NCBI RefSeq assembly: GCF_006345805.1
Contig: NC_043014.1
Span: 18,662,001 to 18,726,000 of the forward strand
DNA from: Octopus sinensis
Lineage: Eukaryota
Direction: 5' to 3'
Length of the DNA: 64,000 nt
In this document: positions 25,454-38,399 of the stretch, piece by piece
Layout of the letters: every line of letters starts with the position of its first letter
Numbering within the stretch: position 1 is the stretch's first letter
The notes under the pieces: generated by a model
What the model was told of the DNA's origin: nothing
The model's database searches: none
What the model saw: only the letters and a program-made list of their open reading frames with translations
Position numbers and translations under genes: made by a program

Positions 25454-26303
25454 TTACAGGGAAAAACGTAAGTCTTTACTTTGTGAATTATTGGGTATTG
25501 GATTTAATGCATCACTCGGGTTAATACAGCCTCCTGATTCTAAAATGTTTAGAAGTCCAGTACATTGCAAGTCTTCATGTATGCTCTCCAGTTTGAAAAG
25601 ATGTTCCTCTGACACATTTCGAAGGCCATGAAAATATGGTATGTTCACTCTCTTTGGACGATTTAGTGAAAACCTATCAGCTGCCCCCGCCTGCGTGATT
25701 TCTTATGCTGTTTTTCTATATATAACACTATTAAACCCTTTTTTCCAATGGCGCAAACCTTTCTCCATAATTAGATATTGCTTCATCCGTGATCATTAAC
25801 AAAATATCTACAAAGCTCTAGTAAGATCTGATTTAGATCATTGCTCAGGTATCTTAGACAACGCTGCACACAAACCAATTCGAGAGTAACGTAGATGTAC
25901 TGCACACATTATACTGTACTTCTGTTGCATACTTAAAGATCGAAGATTAAATTCTAGCACTCTTTCTTTATCTAAAATAGAAATGTTTTGGATTTAAAAA
26001 GATATTCTAATTAATTGACAAAGGCACCCTCATTTGTAAACTAGAGCCACACGTCCATTTACACGCTGTTACATTCCTTCGCATTCACTAATATTATTGT
26101 AACACTCTCTAACCCTCTGGACTAATGGCTTACATACTCTTTTTACATGAATTTCCTGTCGCAGACGGTTCTTTTCTGATTGTCAGATATGCGGCATTTT
26201 ATAATTTCTCTAATTCTTCTTTCCTCTACATGGAACTTGTTTCGTAGGAAATCGACCAATATATGTTTAAGGTCATGGACTCTGTGCTCCCTAATTTGAT
26301 TAA
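25454..26303 (-). pseudogene. Unidentified protein-like segments, possibly frameshifted exons
   Basis: Acceptor ctaatgtttcattag| at 26303, donor GTAAGC at 26133, peptide NQIREHRVHDLKHILVDFLRNKFHVEERRIREIIK. A further segment reads NRPKRVNIPYFHGLRNVSEEHLFKLESIHEDL. Continuity needs 1-nt indels. Confidence 0.25.
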
Positions 26304-26864
26304 CTAATGAAACATTAGTGGTTTATTAAAGAGACTTGATAAATATTCAAAGATATGTTGATTTTTACCGAGAGCTTTTTAATATTGATATTAACGAATG
26401 AAATGGTATTATCAGAGTTTGTCTATCAAAATTTGCATATCGGGGTTTGCTTATCGAGCTTATAAATATTTACACATAAACACATTATAATGTTTAATTC
26501 ATAGCCAGTATTTGTTATTATATTGTTCATATATGGTGATATGTTAGCAGAATCATCAGAGCGTCGTAATAAAATATTTTTCAGTATTAGTTCAGACTCA
26601 TATTTTGAGTTGAAATTCCGCCGAATTCAACTTCACCTTTCATCCTTGTGGTGTTGATAAAATGAAGCTGTAGTCGATAGATTTGGATCTTTTCTGATGC
26701 TGTCACAAATTTGAAAATTTTAAAATCAAGTGACAAAATTCCAAATTTGCAATATTAACGTACTTTTTATACTCTAAATCCGTATTTGGGATTATTTATT
26801 TCAAGAAGAATTTAGAAAAATTTACAGAGGTTTGATGTCTGGCAATTTTTAGTCAAGTCAGACA

Positions 26865-26930
26865 ACAGAAATCGGAAGCGGCGCAGTTTCTGCACGATAG
26901 CTGCCTGTCGCGAAATGACAGGCAGAAATA
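26865..26930. promoter_or_regulatory. CpG-rich patch with ETS-like CGGAAG and a 9-bp hairpin
   Basis: atcggaagcggcgc; ctgcctgtc-gcgaaat-gacaggcag (26901-26925). Confidence 0.2.
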
Positions 26931-29082
26931 ACGTAGGGTCAAAAATATATTTCTCGTCAAAACTTGTGGTGGTGGTTGCGATGATGACTGTGCGCGTTGT
27001 ACAGCGTCCTTGTTACAATGTAAAGGGGCAGATGACAGCTTTGCTCATTACTATGGAAACAGACACCAGGGTGAGATTTACGGCCATATGTATAATGGTT
27101 GCTTTCGATTTAAAGTATCCCAAATTTTAAAAGGTATTAACCTTTTAATTTTTAATCTATGCAAAAATAAATTTCATTTTGATAATTAGCGTGCAAAACT
27201 AAATCAGTATAACCAAGTTTGAAAACAATAGCAACAAAATTGAAAAGTACGAAATCTGTGAGAGCAACCAAAAAGATCCATGAAATCGATTCAACCTATC
27301 ACTCTAAAATTGGCTTCCTAGAGCCTTTATCAGAAACCATTAAATCGTCGATCTCGTACGGATGACTGTCCCTAGAATAATGAACATGTTAAACATCAGA
27401 ATTTTTATTCAGATACAAAGAAAGAGAAGGAAAGATGTGAATAAGTGGATCTGAAATCGATTTATAATAAGCGATGGAGAGAGAAAGAGAAAAGAGATGT
27501 TTAGGTGCTAAATTTGCCGTTACTGGGAATAAAATCATATTCCCGCTTTGTAGTTCCCTTATGTTAAAGCCTGGTGTAAGTTTGATTAAGGGGATATTCA
27601 ATTTATTCATTTTCATTTAAACCGATTAGATAGATTCCGATTCATCTCATCTAACCTTATGAGAGATAACATGTTAATATGGGTTTGAAGTTTGTTGAGA
27701 TAAGATATCAACAAATTTAACCAATTTTGGCTTCCATACCAATGTTGTTTGCTAGTAAGTGTAATTCATATGCTTCATAGCATAGTGAGATGCTTTGTGA
27801 TTGGAAAGTGGTAAAAAACATATGGATGCCCATAAGACACACATATATGGAAACAAATTAAATATATAGACATAGACGTGTGTATCAGCGCAAGTGTTTG
27901 CGTTAGAGTATGAATAATTTGGAATGCGTGTCACAAAAAATACCTTGAAATTGCCTTGACGAGTGGAGCACCAAACGTTTTAAAGATAACAAAATGAAAA
28001 TAGAAGATATCGACTATGTTAACTTTCGTCATGCATAGAAGACGACTCCCTATCCAATACACTGAATATTCTTTCTGCACAGCAATGTCCCAGTAATCTT
28101 AGGATTTTCTCCAAATTATACATGTCTAGCAGACAAATCACTGCTACTGTATTCTATGATTTAGTTTTATCTCATATATGTACATATGTACATGAATGTA
28201 TATATATATATACATGTACATATACACAAACACATGCACACATACACACACGCACATACATACGCGTATGCAATTATAGTTACATGTATATACATTTATA
28301 TACATACATGCACATGTATGTACATATACGTACATACATACTTCATATAACATTAGCCTTCACAAGTCGAGAAACAAAATATTTATTGAGTAGTACGATT
28401 CAAAAGTCCTAGTTAGGAATTCAGTAAGCCCCAAACATGCACAGAGCTAGTATAGCTGACGAAAGTTGGACAATATTCGATAATAACCATCACATGTTAT
28501 ACAGGTCATCCCACATTGAAATCAGTGTAAATTTCGATAAACTGACTGTCATTATACAACCGATGCTTTTATTGTTAGTAGGCAAATGGCCACAAATGGA
28601 AAGTGTGGGTTTATTTACAAATGTTATTTTAGCAAAGGAAAAAGAGGTTAGGTATTAAAGAAAGTATATTGAGAAGTACAAAAGAAATTATGAAGTACAA
28701 AAAAAGTACAAAAGAAAGAAGTAAGAGAGTCTCGAGGTGTGGTAACAAAATTATTAAATTAGGCATCGACGAGATAGAAGACATACAGATCTGAATGAAG
28801 ATTGAGGTGCGTGATAAAGCATGAGAACTAAAATAGGCAACTTATGGTAACATTCTTAACCAAAATGCTCACATATATGCATAGACATACACCAACAGAT
28901 ACACACACACACGCACACACACATACACACACAGAGATTTTTGGACAAATGGGTATATGTCAAGTAGTGTGTTGAGTAAAGGCACGCGCACAGTTTGGAC
29001 TACTTGGTGTCATCCACGGCTGGGGTTTATTTCCGCTGGATCTACTTCGGGAAGTGGCAGCGTTAGTTGAGATAATAATAAT

Positions 29083-29160
29083 CGATGAAGGAAACAGAAA
29101 ATGGATTTGGCATTAGTCTTTATTCAATAATGCCACATCCATCTTCCGTTTCCTTCATCG
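29083..29160. repeat. 33-bp inverted repeat with a 12-nt loop, abutting (TA)n
   Basis: cgatgaaggaaacagaaaatggatttggcatta / taatgccacatccatcttccgtttccttcatcg, 3 mismatches. Confidence 0.85.
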
Positions 29161-29162
29161 TT

Positions 29163-29240
<78 letters not shown>

Positions 29241-29343
29241 TATATGTATGTGTTTGTGTTTGTGTGGACATATGAATATGTATATGCATATATGCATCTA
29301 TCTATCTATTTATATATATGTGTATACACACACACATATACAC

Positions 29344-29402
<59 letters not shown>

Positions 29403-30284
29403 AAGAAAGTGTCTACCATTTTCTTTCTACAAGGCTTCCTAAATTACCTCATGAATTATTTTCACAACAGAGCATGAACTCCACCGTGTAAAGATGTTCA
29501 TGTGTGAGGTATTATACAGGGACATGGATGGAGTCTGATATTTTAATGATATTCGGAGTTTTTGCTATTTCACTGAGTATTTTTAAAAACATATTTTCGT
29601 TGGAAAATGGTATAAAAACATTCCATTGCTATACTGAGCTGAGATAGAGACCATATATAAGCCAGCTCCATAGTTAGAAAGCTTCTAGTCAATGGAAAAA
29701 CTCATCTAGTGAGAGATTGTACTGATGCATTCTAGGAGACATTTATTAGTTTATATGATCCTTCATTAAAAAAGGAAAAATATTGAGGAGATAGTAATGA
29801 GTTTTAAAGAGAAATTGGTCGCCATTATTGACCAGAGCGTTATTTAATAAAGTGTCTGTATTGATTACGTTATAACGTTATATGTACAGTGGTAGACTAG
29901 ATGGGAATACCATTCATTTAACGTTTGAGTCTGAAGGAAGGGAATGTGACGATGGCTTTCGCGGGATTGATGATATCGTTGAGGTTCAAGTCATACCGGA
30001 TTAACTGAGAGTCAATGGTTATCAGGCACACACGGATTGTGGTGGGGTATTCTAACAGCCTGAGGTTCTAGGAGTAGGTCTAAGCGAACAGTTTCAAAGC
30101 AACCTGAAGTGTCGACTCAAAAGGGACACAAGAAGCTGAAACGTGAGTAAATCAGATGTTTATGAATGTTTATGATTATCGTGACACGATATTAGACATC
30201 TTCCAGGATTAGAGGCTACCGTAATGTTGGCAGAGTAAAGAGACTGCACACCCGTGTGGCGGAGATTGGAATTGATAAGGTCAC

Positions 30285-30700
30285 CATATTTGACGGGTCA
30301 CTATATTTATCAGATCTATATATTTATCGGGTCATTATCCTAATGAGGTAATTATATTAATCAAGTTACTATATTGAGGAGGTCACTCTATTGGTCTATT
30401 TATTACATTGATTAATTTACGATATCGATCGGTTGACTATATTGATCGCCTAACTGTATTGATGAGGGAGCTCTATCGCTTAGCTATACTGATCAGGACA
30501 TTATATTGATCAGCTCGCTATAATGATCAGTTTGATGTACTGATCAAATGCTGTATTGATTAATCACTATATTGATCAGGTCATTATGTTGATCAGATTG
30601 CTATATTCGTTAGGTCTCTTACTGCGTCGATTAGGTCACTGTTCTATTGATAAGTAATATATATTGATCAGGCAGCTATATTGATCAACACACTCTATTG
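30285..30700. repeat. Degenerate ~17-bp minisatellite (consensus about CTATATTGATCAGGTCA)
   Basis: About 24 diverged units visible. Confidence 0.75.
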
Positions 30701-31649
30701 GTATTGCAGTCTTCTATTTTCAAGAGAATAGGATGTTGCTCTTGTAAAATTTAGTACATTTAGCAGGTGATTCAGGTTCCCTTTCAAGCACATGTAGTAT
30801 TGTCTTTTCAAGATTATAATGATGATCTCTTAAGAGAAAATTTTGTACAATAAATTAAGCAAATTTAATTTTCCTGAAATTTAATTTTTTAGCTCAGCAT
30901 AGGATTATGTTTGAGAAAAATATATGGCCATATTACTCTTTGTGTATATAAATGCGTGTATATATGTATATATTATACTCATGCGTTACTCCAAATAAGA
31001 TAGCATATTTGTTTGCTGTAGAGAGTGTTTATTAGGCCAAACTCAAGGTAAGTGCCAGCATTGGCAGCTCCTTCTTATCACACATATAATATTTTCAGAA
31101 AGAAATTTTGTCAATAATTTCAATAAATCAAGTGATTGCGTTTAAATTTCCTCGCTAAGATTGATATCGTAAAAAGTACGGTACACATTGGAATTCTTTT
31201 TACATATAGAAGGGGTGGATAAACAGGTATACAAACGAGATATTCTTGACTATTAGTCGACTAACAGCTGTTGACAAAAGACTGTTTCCAAACAATGAAG
31301 GTACATAGACAAATAAAGTACTGCATGTTAATTGTGTTTCTTTCATATTTTTGTTGCTATTCTTTGGTAGTGTGTTTCATTATTATAATAAAATGGTAAT
31401 ATAACGATAAGATTTTGTTTCACTACCTTAAATTGACATTTTCGTATACCTGCAATAAAGCGTGACACGGTTGTAAGCACCTCAAAATATACAACTCAAC
31501 ATAACTTATCAATACGATTGAAATGTTACTGGGTACAGTGGATCTTTTAGTGGTCCAAGTTTCACGTTTGTACAAAGGTTAATATTCAAAATATCAAAAG
31601 CAAATTTGACCTGCAATAAAGTGTGATACACAGTCAACATATATATAGT

Positions 31650-31681
<32 letters not shown>

Positions 31682-31872
31682 CAGATAGATAGTTACATTG
31701 ATGCGTATATATACATACATATATATATATATAATATATATATATATATATAATATATATATATAAGACCGGAGTAAACACATAAATGTGAAACAAGGTG
31801 GAAAAAAGAGTACTCAAATACCAGTGGTAGAGTAATATGCTTTATTTTAAGCAGCAGAAAATTCAACAAAAT

Positions 31873-31910
31873 CTGTTACTCTGAGTTTCTCGTTGCCGTT
31901 CATCAGACAG
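31873..31910 (-). ncRNA. Mirror hammerhead in the left palindrome arm
   Basis: Exact reverse complement of 31927-31964. Confidence 0.65.
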
Positions 31911-31926
31911 TTTTTGCTAGCAAAAA

Positions 31927-31964
31927 CTGTCTGATGAACGGCAACGAGAAACTCAGAGTAACAG
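31927..31964 (+). ncRNA. Type I hammerhead ribozyme in the right palindrome arm
   Basis: ctgt CTGATGA acg-gcaa-cga GAAAC tcaga GTA acag. The stem II closing pair is A.A. Confidence 0.65.
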
Positions 31965-31996
31965 ATTTTGTTGAATTTTCTGCTGCTTAAAATAAA

Positions 31997-32037
<41 letters not shown>

Positions 32038-32038
<1 letters not shown>

Positions 32039-32425
32039 CTAGCTGAAGGTGACCCGCTCTACGCGCGGGTAAGAGTGTGGCTGTTACTTTCTGTTGCTTC
32101 CTTTCAGCACGTAAAAAACACCATCCGAACGTGGCCGATTGCAGCGCCGCCTTGACTGGCTTCTGTGCCAGTGGCACGTAAAAAGCACTAACCGATCGTT
32201 GCCACTGCGAGCCCCCCCCCCCCTGGCACCTGTGCCGGCGGCACGAAAAAAGCACCCACTACACTCACAGAGTGGTTGGCGTTAGGAAGGTCATCCACCT
32301 GTAGAAACACTGCCAGATTAGACTGGAGCCTGGTGCAGCCTTCTGGCTTCCCAGACCCCGGTCAAACTGTCCAACCCGTGCTAGGAGGGAAAACGGACGT
32401 TAAACGATGATGATGATGATGATTC
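32038..32425 (+). mobile_element. Helitron/HINE-like tip (actag...cccg..cggg) followed by an RTE-tail-like SINE ending (gat)n
   Basis: actagctgaaggtgacccgctctacgcgcggg; then gagtggttggcgttaggaagg...aaaacggacgttaaacgatgatgatg. Confidence 0.5.
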
Positions 32426-33174
32426 TCCCTCTTTGTTTCTCTCTCCTTTCTCTCTCACTTTCCCACTCTCTTACTTTTCTTTTCTCTCGGATTCTCCCTC
32501 GCTTTCTCTTACTCTCTATCTTTATCTATCTCTCTCCCATTTATAAACAACAAAAGATCTTGAGTAAGTTGAGAAATAAAATATTTAGAAAGATCAATCA
32601 TAAATATCAGGCAGTGGTAACGGAAAGGTCTGCTTCAAGGCAGACAGCAAAACGCTAACATTTAAAAGGGACAGACGAACTTGCAAGCTGAATAAAAATA
32701 ATAAAATATTGGAAACCAAAGTTTGAAGGGATAGAATCTGAGGATAGTAGAGTCACCATGACTGGCATTTCTTAACGACGGACAGCAACGTATTGACAGT
32801 TTAACGGCTGGCGTAAAATTTTGAACTTGATGTAAAAGAAAATTCGTAAACATCAAGTTTTGAAGTGATTCTTTCTCACGACAGTAGACTCACCATGGCA
32901 AGCATTCAAAACCTCTTCATCATGGACGGCAACACATTGAAGATTAAAAGGCTGGCGCAAATTTTTTAGCTTGATGTAACAGAGAATTCCTAAACACTCG
33001 CTCCTTTAAATTTTAATCTCCTTCCAGCCTCATTTCACCTTTTGGTTAATATAACCCGATTTCATTCGGGTTTACTGAGGCCACATTTTATAAGATGAGG
33101 AATTTTGTCCTAGAGGTCACGCCTTTCATTTGAGGAAAAAAATAGCTGTCATGCAAACTTGCCAGCACTTTTAA

Positions 33175-34239
33175 CCCTTTCGTTACCAAACCGCCCAAAG
33201 ACGCCCGAAAAAAATTTTGGTTAATGTGACCAAACCGCCCAAACCCGCCCGTATTTACCTATTCATATTTAAATGAAAATATCAGAGCAAATCTCTTTAT
33301 TACATTCGTGAAAACACGTGATTATACTTCGTAAACAGTTTATCTACAGTTTTGTACAACAATCGAAGTGTAATTTTAATTCCGTGAATTTTGGGAGATT
33401 TTTTTCCAAAATTTGTTCCTATTGTGTTTTCAAACTTTGTAATTCTGACAAAAAATGGATACGAATTTCATCATATCAAGCAGCGAGTCAGAATTCGAAG
33501 GATTTTCTACTGAAGACCTGAAAAAAAAAAGCACGTGGTATTTGATAATGAATCTGATGTTTCATTTTCCGAAAGTGAAAACAGTGAATCCGAGAGCTCC
33601 GACAGCGATAAAGAAAATGAATTGGCACCTGAATGGAGTGAAAATTGAAAAACTGTTTCTTTCGGTGATTTTTCTGAAGAAACTGGACCAAGCCACAGAC
33701 TTTCCCAGGCGAGTAAAGCCTTAGACTATTTCTTTTTACTTTTTCGAATGAGCCTATTTGAAATCATTACAGCGGAAACGAACCGTTACGCTAAATGTAA
33801 ACAAAGCGAAAGAAAGGATAGTTAGTGGTTTCCCACAACCTTAAATGAATTTAAGACTATTTTGCCATAAATATTATTATGGGTATCAGAAAGTTACCCA
33901 GAATAACAAATTCTATCGTAAAATTTTGTTGTATACCCAATTGAATATTAGCTAATAACCCATTTTCTATAGCGATATTTGAACAAAATTTTAATAATTT
34001 TATATTTTGTTGAATTTACCTGTATCTACCTGCAATTAGAGTCACTTTGTGACAAAAATTATTGTATAGAATTGGTTGAGAACATTTCATTCAATTATCT
34101 TCCAAAAATCACATTAATATATTGATAAATAAAAAAGTTATAGTTGTTTAATTAAACCAGACTAAGTTTATGATTATGTTAGAAATTAATTGAAACACAT
34201 AAGGGGTGTATTTTGGTCAGAAATATAGTAACGAAAGGG
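33175..34239 (+). mobile_element. Internally deleted piggyBac element
   Basis: TTAA|CCCTTTCGTTAC...GTAACGAAAGGG|TTCA termini. N-terminal transposase relic has an acidic/Ser tract, LFEIITAETNRYA and WFPTTLNEFK. Confidence 0.85.
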
Positions 34240-34631
34240 TTCATAGGTGTGCATATTTTCAGCTGAACCGACCGACCACATAATGCACACATTATATATA
34301 TGTGTATGTGTGTGTGTGTGTGTCTGTGTGTGTGTGTGCGCACGCATTATATATACAAATTATATATATATGTATAAATTAAATTAGAGATAAAACCACT
34401 AATAGGCAAAAAAAAACAAAAACAAAAACATGAAAATAAAAATATAATATAGAAAATATATAAAATTGAAAAATTTAAATTATTTAAATTTAAAATAAAA
34501 ATTATTAAATTATTATATTTATAATTTGTTTAAAAATATAACTATCAAAAAGTATTAAAAAGTTTAATATACATAAATACAGATATATACACTTTGTATA
34601 TATACATTATATATACATATTTATATATCGA

Positions 34632-34664
<33 letters not shown>

Positions 34665-35031
34665 AATGAACGCAATGAATATCTGATTCATAATATTTGT
34701 TCTCATGATTGTGTGTTGTTGGTAGCGATGATAATTCTCCCTATGAATGCAGACAGATACATCAAAGAAAGCCGTCTGACAAACTTATAAAGGGAAAGTG
34801 AAAGGGAGTTGAGGGGAATACATTTAATAACGGGAGTGGATATCTCAAAGTTATAAATGAAGGGGAGTAAGAGAGGGAAAGGAGGAAATAGCGTGAGTGA
34901 GGAAGATGGCCCCTAGCAACCACACCTTTCAAGATAGGTCACCTCATTCTACATGTCCCTGTAAATTTTGGAGCGAATCGGACGGGATGTAGTGGCATTG
35001 AAAGCGATCCAAGCGGTTAAAACGCATTTCA

Positions 35032-35067
<36 letters not shown>

Positions 35068-36307
35068 TGTGTGTGTGTGTATGTATATATATATACACAA
35101 ATATATCTACATATATGTGTAAAAAGGGTGAATTAGATTCGTCCTTTAATGTCTTACACATTTTTATTTTCCACTTATAGATTGCATCAATCCGTGTTAA
35201 GTGATCTCTTTCTTAGCTTGAAAATCCCATCTCTTCCAGATTGTAGTTAAGGCGTTTACTGTAATAACTGAGTGCACGAAAGATTATTAGTATAAATCTA
35301 AATTCAGTATCAGATGAGAAGAGCTGCAGGTTTCGAATTAGTTTTCCTTAGGTACATTCCATCTTGCTGATCTGCGAAGAGCTGTTCACATCTGTTGACA
35401 GTACATGATGTTTTTCAATCCCAAATAACTATGTTACATTCGGTATGCTTGCACTTGATAGAAGTTTTGATTGGAATGTTTCACCAGCATTCCTTGTAAT
35501 AATATGTATCCCATAGCATGAGTGTTATATGTGAAGTCTTATCTGTGGATGTCATTTTCTATTGTTTTATAAAAACAACATTATATCTCAAGAGGAGCAG
35601 GCACTTCTATGATTACATGCTTATATCCTTAATAATAAATTTTTACAAATACCTATGTATCTATAGTACTCATTTTGCTGAACAAGGGAGATAGAAGGGC
35701 CATTGACACAAAGATTTAGAGTTTGGAGAACGGTTTTTTTTGTTCAGTTATCATAAGCGAACATTTTTCTATCAGCAGAAAATCTTATTAAATCCACCTC
35801 TTCTGTTGCATTGCAAATATTTCGGGCATATATATTTAGATCATCTACGAAGAAAGTATGGGTTATATTTGTGCGTCTTTGTGCTGCAGACTATAAGATA
35901 TAACCGGTGGCTTTTCGTTGAAAACGTGACAGTGAATTTAGACCTAATATAAATAGTAGTGGTAGATTGTCATCTTGGGATATTCTTGTTGAGATATTAA
36001 TAACATCAGAGAAATCCTTCCACTTTTAGTTACAATAATGAGGATTGTGAAACCAGTCATTGTTAACCCCTTCGAGGGCAGCAACTAAGGGAGCATGTAT
36101 ATCTAGGTAATGGTAGATTTACAAGGTTCATACAGTCAATGACGCTGTGCATTTTCATTGACCTTGTTTAAACCGTGTTAAGATATACCCCATCAAAGTT
36201 ACAAATTTACAAGCCAGACGCTATTGCAACATGGCATCCTCATAGAACTACGTATAGTCTATGGCTTTGAGATACCTGTTTACACTTTTGTTGATTCTCT
36301 TTTTCAG

Positions 36308-36349
36308 GGTTCCTTCTTAATTACATCCAGATGGCGTTCACTTCCAGTA
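36308..36349 (+). CDS. Possible 42-nt micro-exon
   Basis: Strong acceptor ttgattctctttttcag| and donor |GTATGT; two frames are open. Confidence 0.15.
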
Positions 36350-38399
36350 GTATGTAATTAAAACGGCATCATTTCTACATAAACTCAATAGTCACCACCA
36401 CAAAGGCAGTGCCTCTAATTGGCTGAAACAGGTAAAGGACAAAATAATAACAGCTCTGTAACATCCATGCTTGCTATATTAAACTAAGTGGATTGTGATC
36501 CATGAAGGTGTATATAAATAGATCAGTGCATTGTGACTCAATGATTGCCCTTCATAGCTTGGTACACGTACCGTATAAAATGACTTACAGTGTTTAGTTA
36601 CAGTTCTTTGCATTCTGAGTGAAAATCACGTGGTAATTGACTTTTCTTTCCATCTTTCCGGTTCTATGAAATGAAGCACAAATAACTGGATAAATAAACG
36701 ACTGTTTTCTCATCCAAAAATTTGTGACTGTCGTTGAAAGAATATCTTGGTGCAATGTATCTGACATGTTACCTTTCTACAATGGTGTAAATTATCCATT
36801 CACAAGATACAGGAATAATGTAACATGCTGTGGTTATTATATATAAAAAGAATTGTGTGTACTCCATTACGGTGCGTGTATTCATATTTATGGACTGTAA
36901 CAGTTCACATTGTCAATTTTTTTGTACAGTGTATAGATACCTCTGCCTTTTAATGTCTGGTGTACTGTATTTATACATGAAATTTCAACTATAATTATAA
37001 ACTGATATGAGTTTGCATCAGGAAGTCGGGTCTTAAAATCTAATGTTCCAACGTCGATGATGTACCAGATGCCGTACAGTGTCCGAATAAATAGCTTGTA
37101 CTATTATAATTTTGTCCCTCTATATTTTGAGTTCGAATCATGGCCGAATAAATCTTTTTTACTCAATCTCTGTTTAATGCTGATCAAGTGAACTGGTGAA
37201 ATGCATCTAAGTCATAACCAGCCTGTCTATTTGAGATATTGTGTATCTAGAATGCATTGTTAAACGCATTTTTCTGTCTTTATACTTTAAGGATGAGATT
37301 TTAGTTACGGATGAAATTAAAATGATGTGGGAATAACTTCTATATTCAGCCGGTCAAATAGTTAAATACCGACGTCAATGCCCCTTTGGTATCATATGCA
37401 ATACCTCAATTTTGAAAACCAGAGAAAGTCCTTGTTATATATGCACATGGATTTCTGGTACGAACAATTCCATTCTGAGTTCTCTATAAGTGACATGAAG
37501 TTTACTTCGGGGGATAAATTTGGCCGATTCTCTTAGCAATCTATGTCACCATGAATGAAATTCATAGAAACTCTAAAGCTAAAAATCAGGGCAAATTTTT
37601 AACGCTGTAGTGTATCGCGAAATGTATCCTTCGGAATTTAAGATACTACAATGTCATTTAAGAAAAAGTTAACACCTATTTCTTTCAAGTCCATTGACCA
37701 TGTATAGTGTCGTCCTTATTATGAAGTGAATTTGGTTCAGTCATATTCATGTGGGTGGCATGGTGCCAATGAATGAAGCCTCAGTGTTTAATGCTCGAAG
37801 ACATTAATTGAAATTTAATCGACTTTCTATTAATAAAATCCGAATTAATTAGAGATATTCTGATTAGTTCTTTAGTTCATGGGTGTTTTGATCCAACACG
37901 CATTGCCAATGCAACTTATAGAATTCTGGATTGCCATCATAAAATCCTGGATTTAGCATCAATGTAATCACAGTAACTATAGAACTGCTTTTAATTGTAT
38001 AACTCTAATCAGGATTCATGCAAACCCTGCTCTTTATAATAATATCATTAATGAGATAGTATTGGATATTGATTAGCATTATAAAGTGAAAAGCGGATCT
38101 CAGTATTACACGCATGTATTAAATAACAAAATCTTAATAACTCCTCAGAAAAAATTCATACCTAATGATAATTTCAAATTTTGGCGCAAAGCCAGCAAAT
38201 TTGGGGGAGGGAACTTCTTTTTCAAGAGAAACTTGAAAGAGTTGATGAGGGCTTGCCCAAAGAGGAAAGTGCCTGTCCTTAACCCTTTCAAACAGATCCA
38301 GAATACTACCTCTTTCGCTACAGCCACTAGACAATTAAAGATTGCCTTCCCTACCGGGAAAAATAGGGCAGCGGTGCAATCTCCAGAGCGGATTCAGTT

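Larger units (their letters stand above)
31840..31997. repeat. Perfect 158-bp palindrome with no spacer
   Basis: 79-bp arms centred on gct|agc (31918/31919). Confidence 0.95.

Noticed and set aside
32770-33000. LRR-like reading of the 140-bp duplication
   Set aside because: Asn spacing (18/13/17) does not fit LRR periodicity, and there are several stops.
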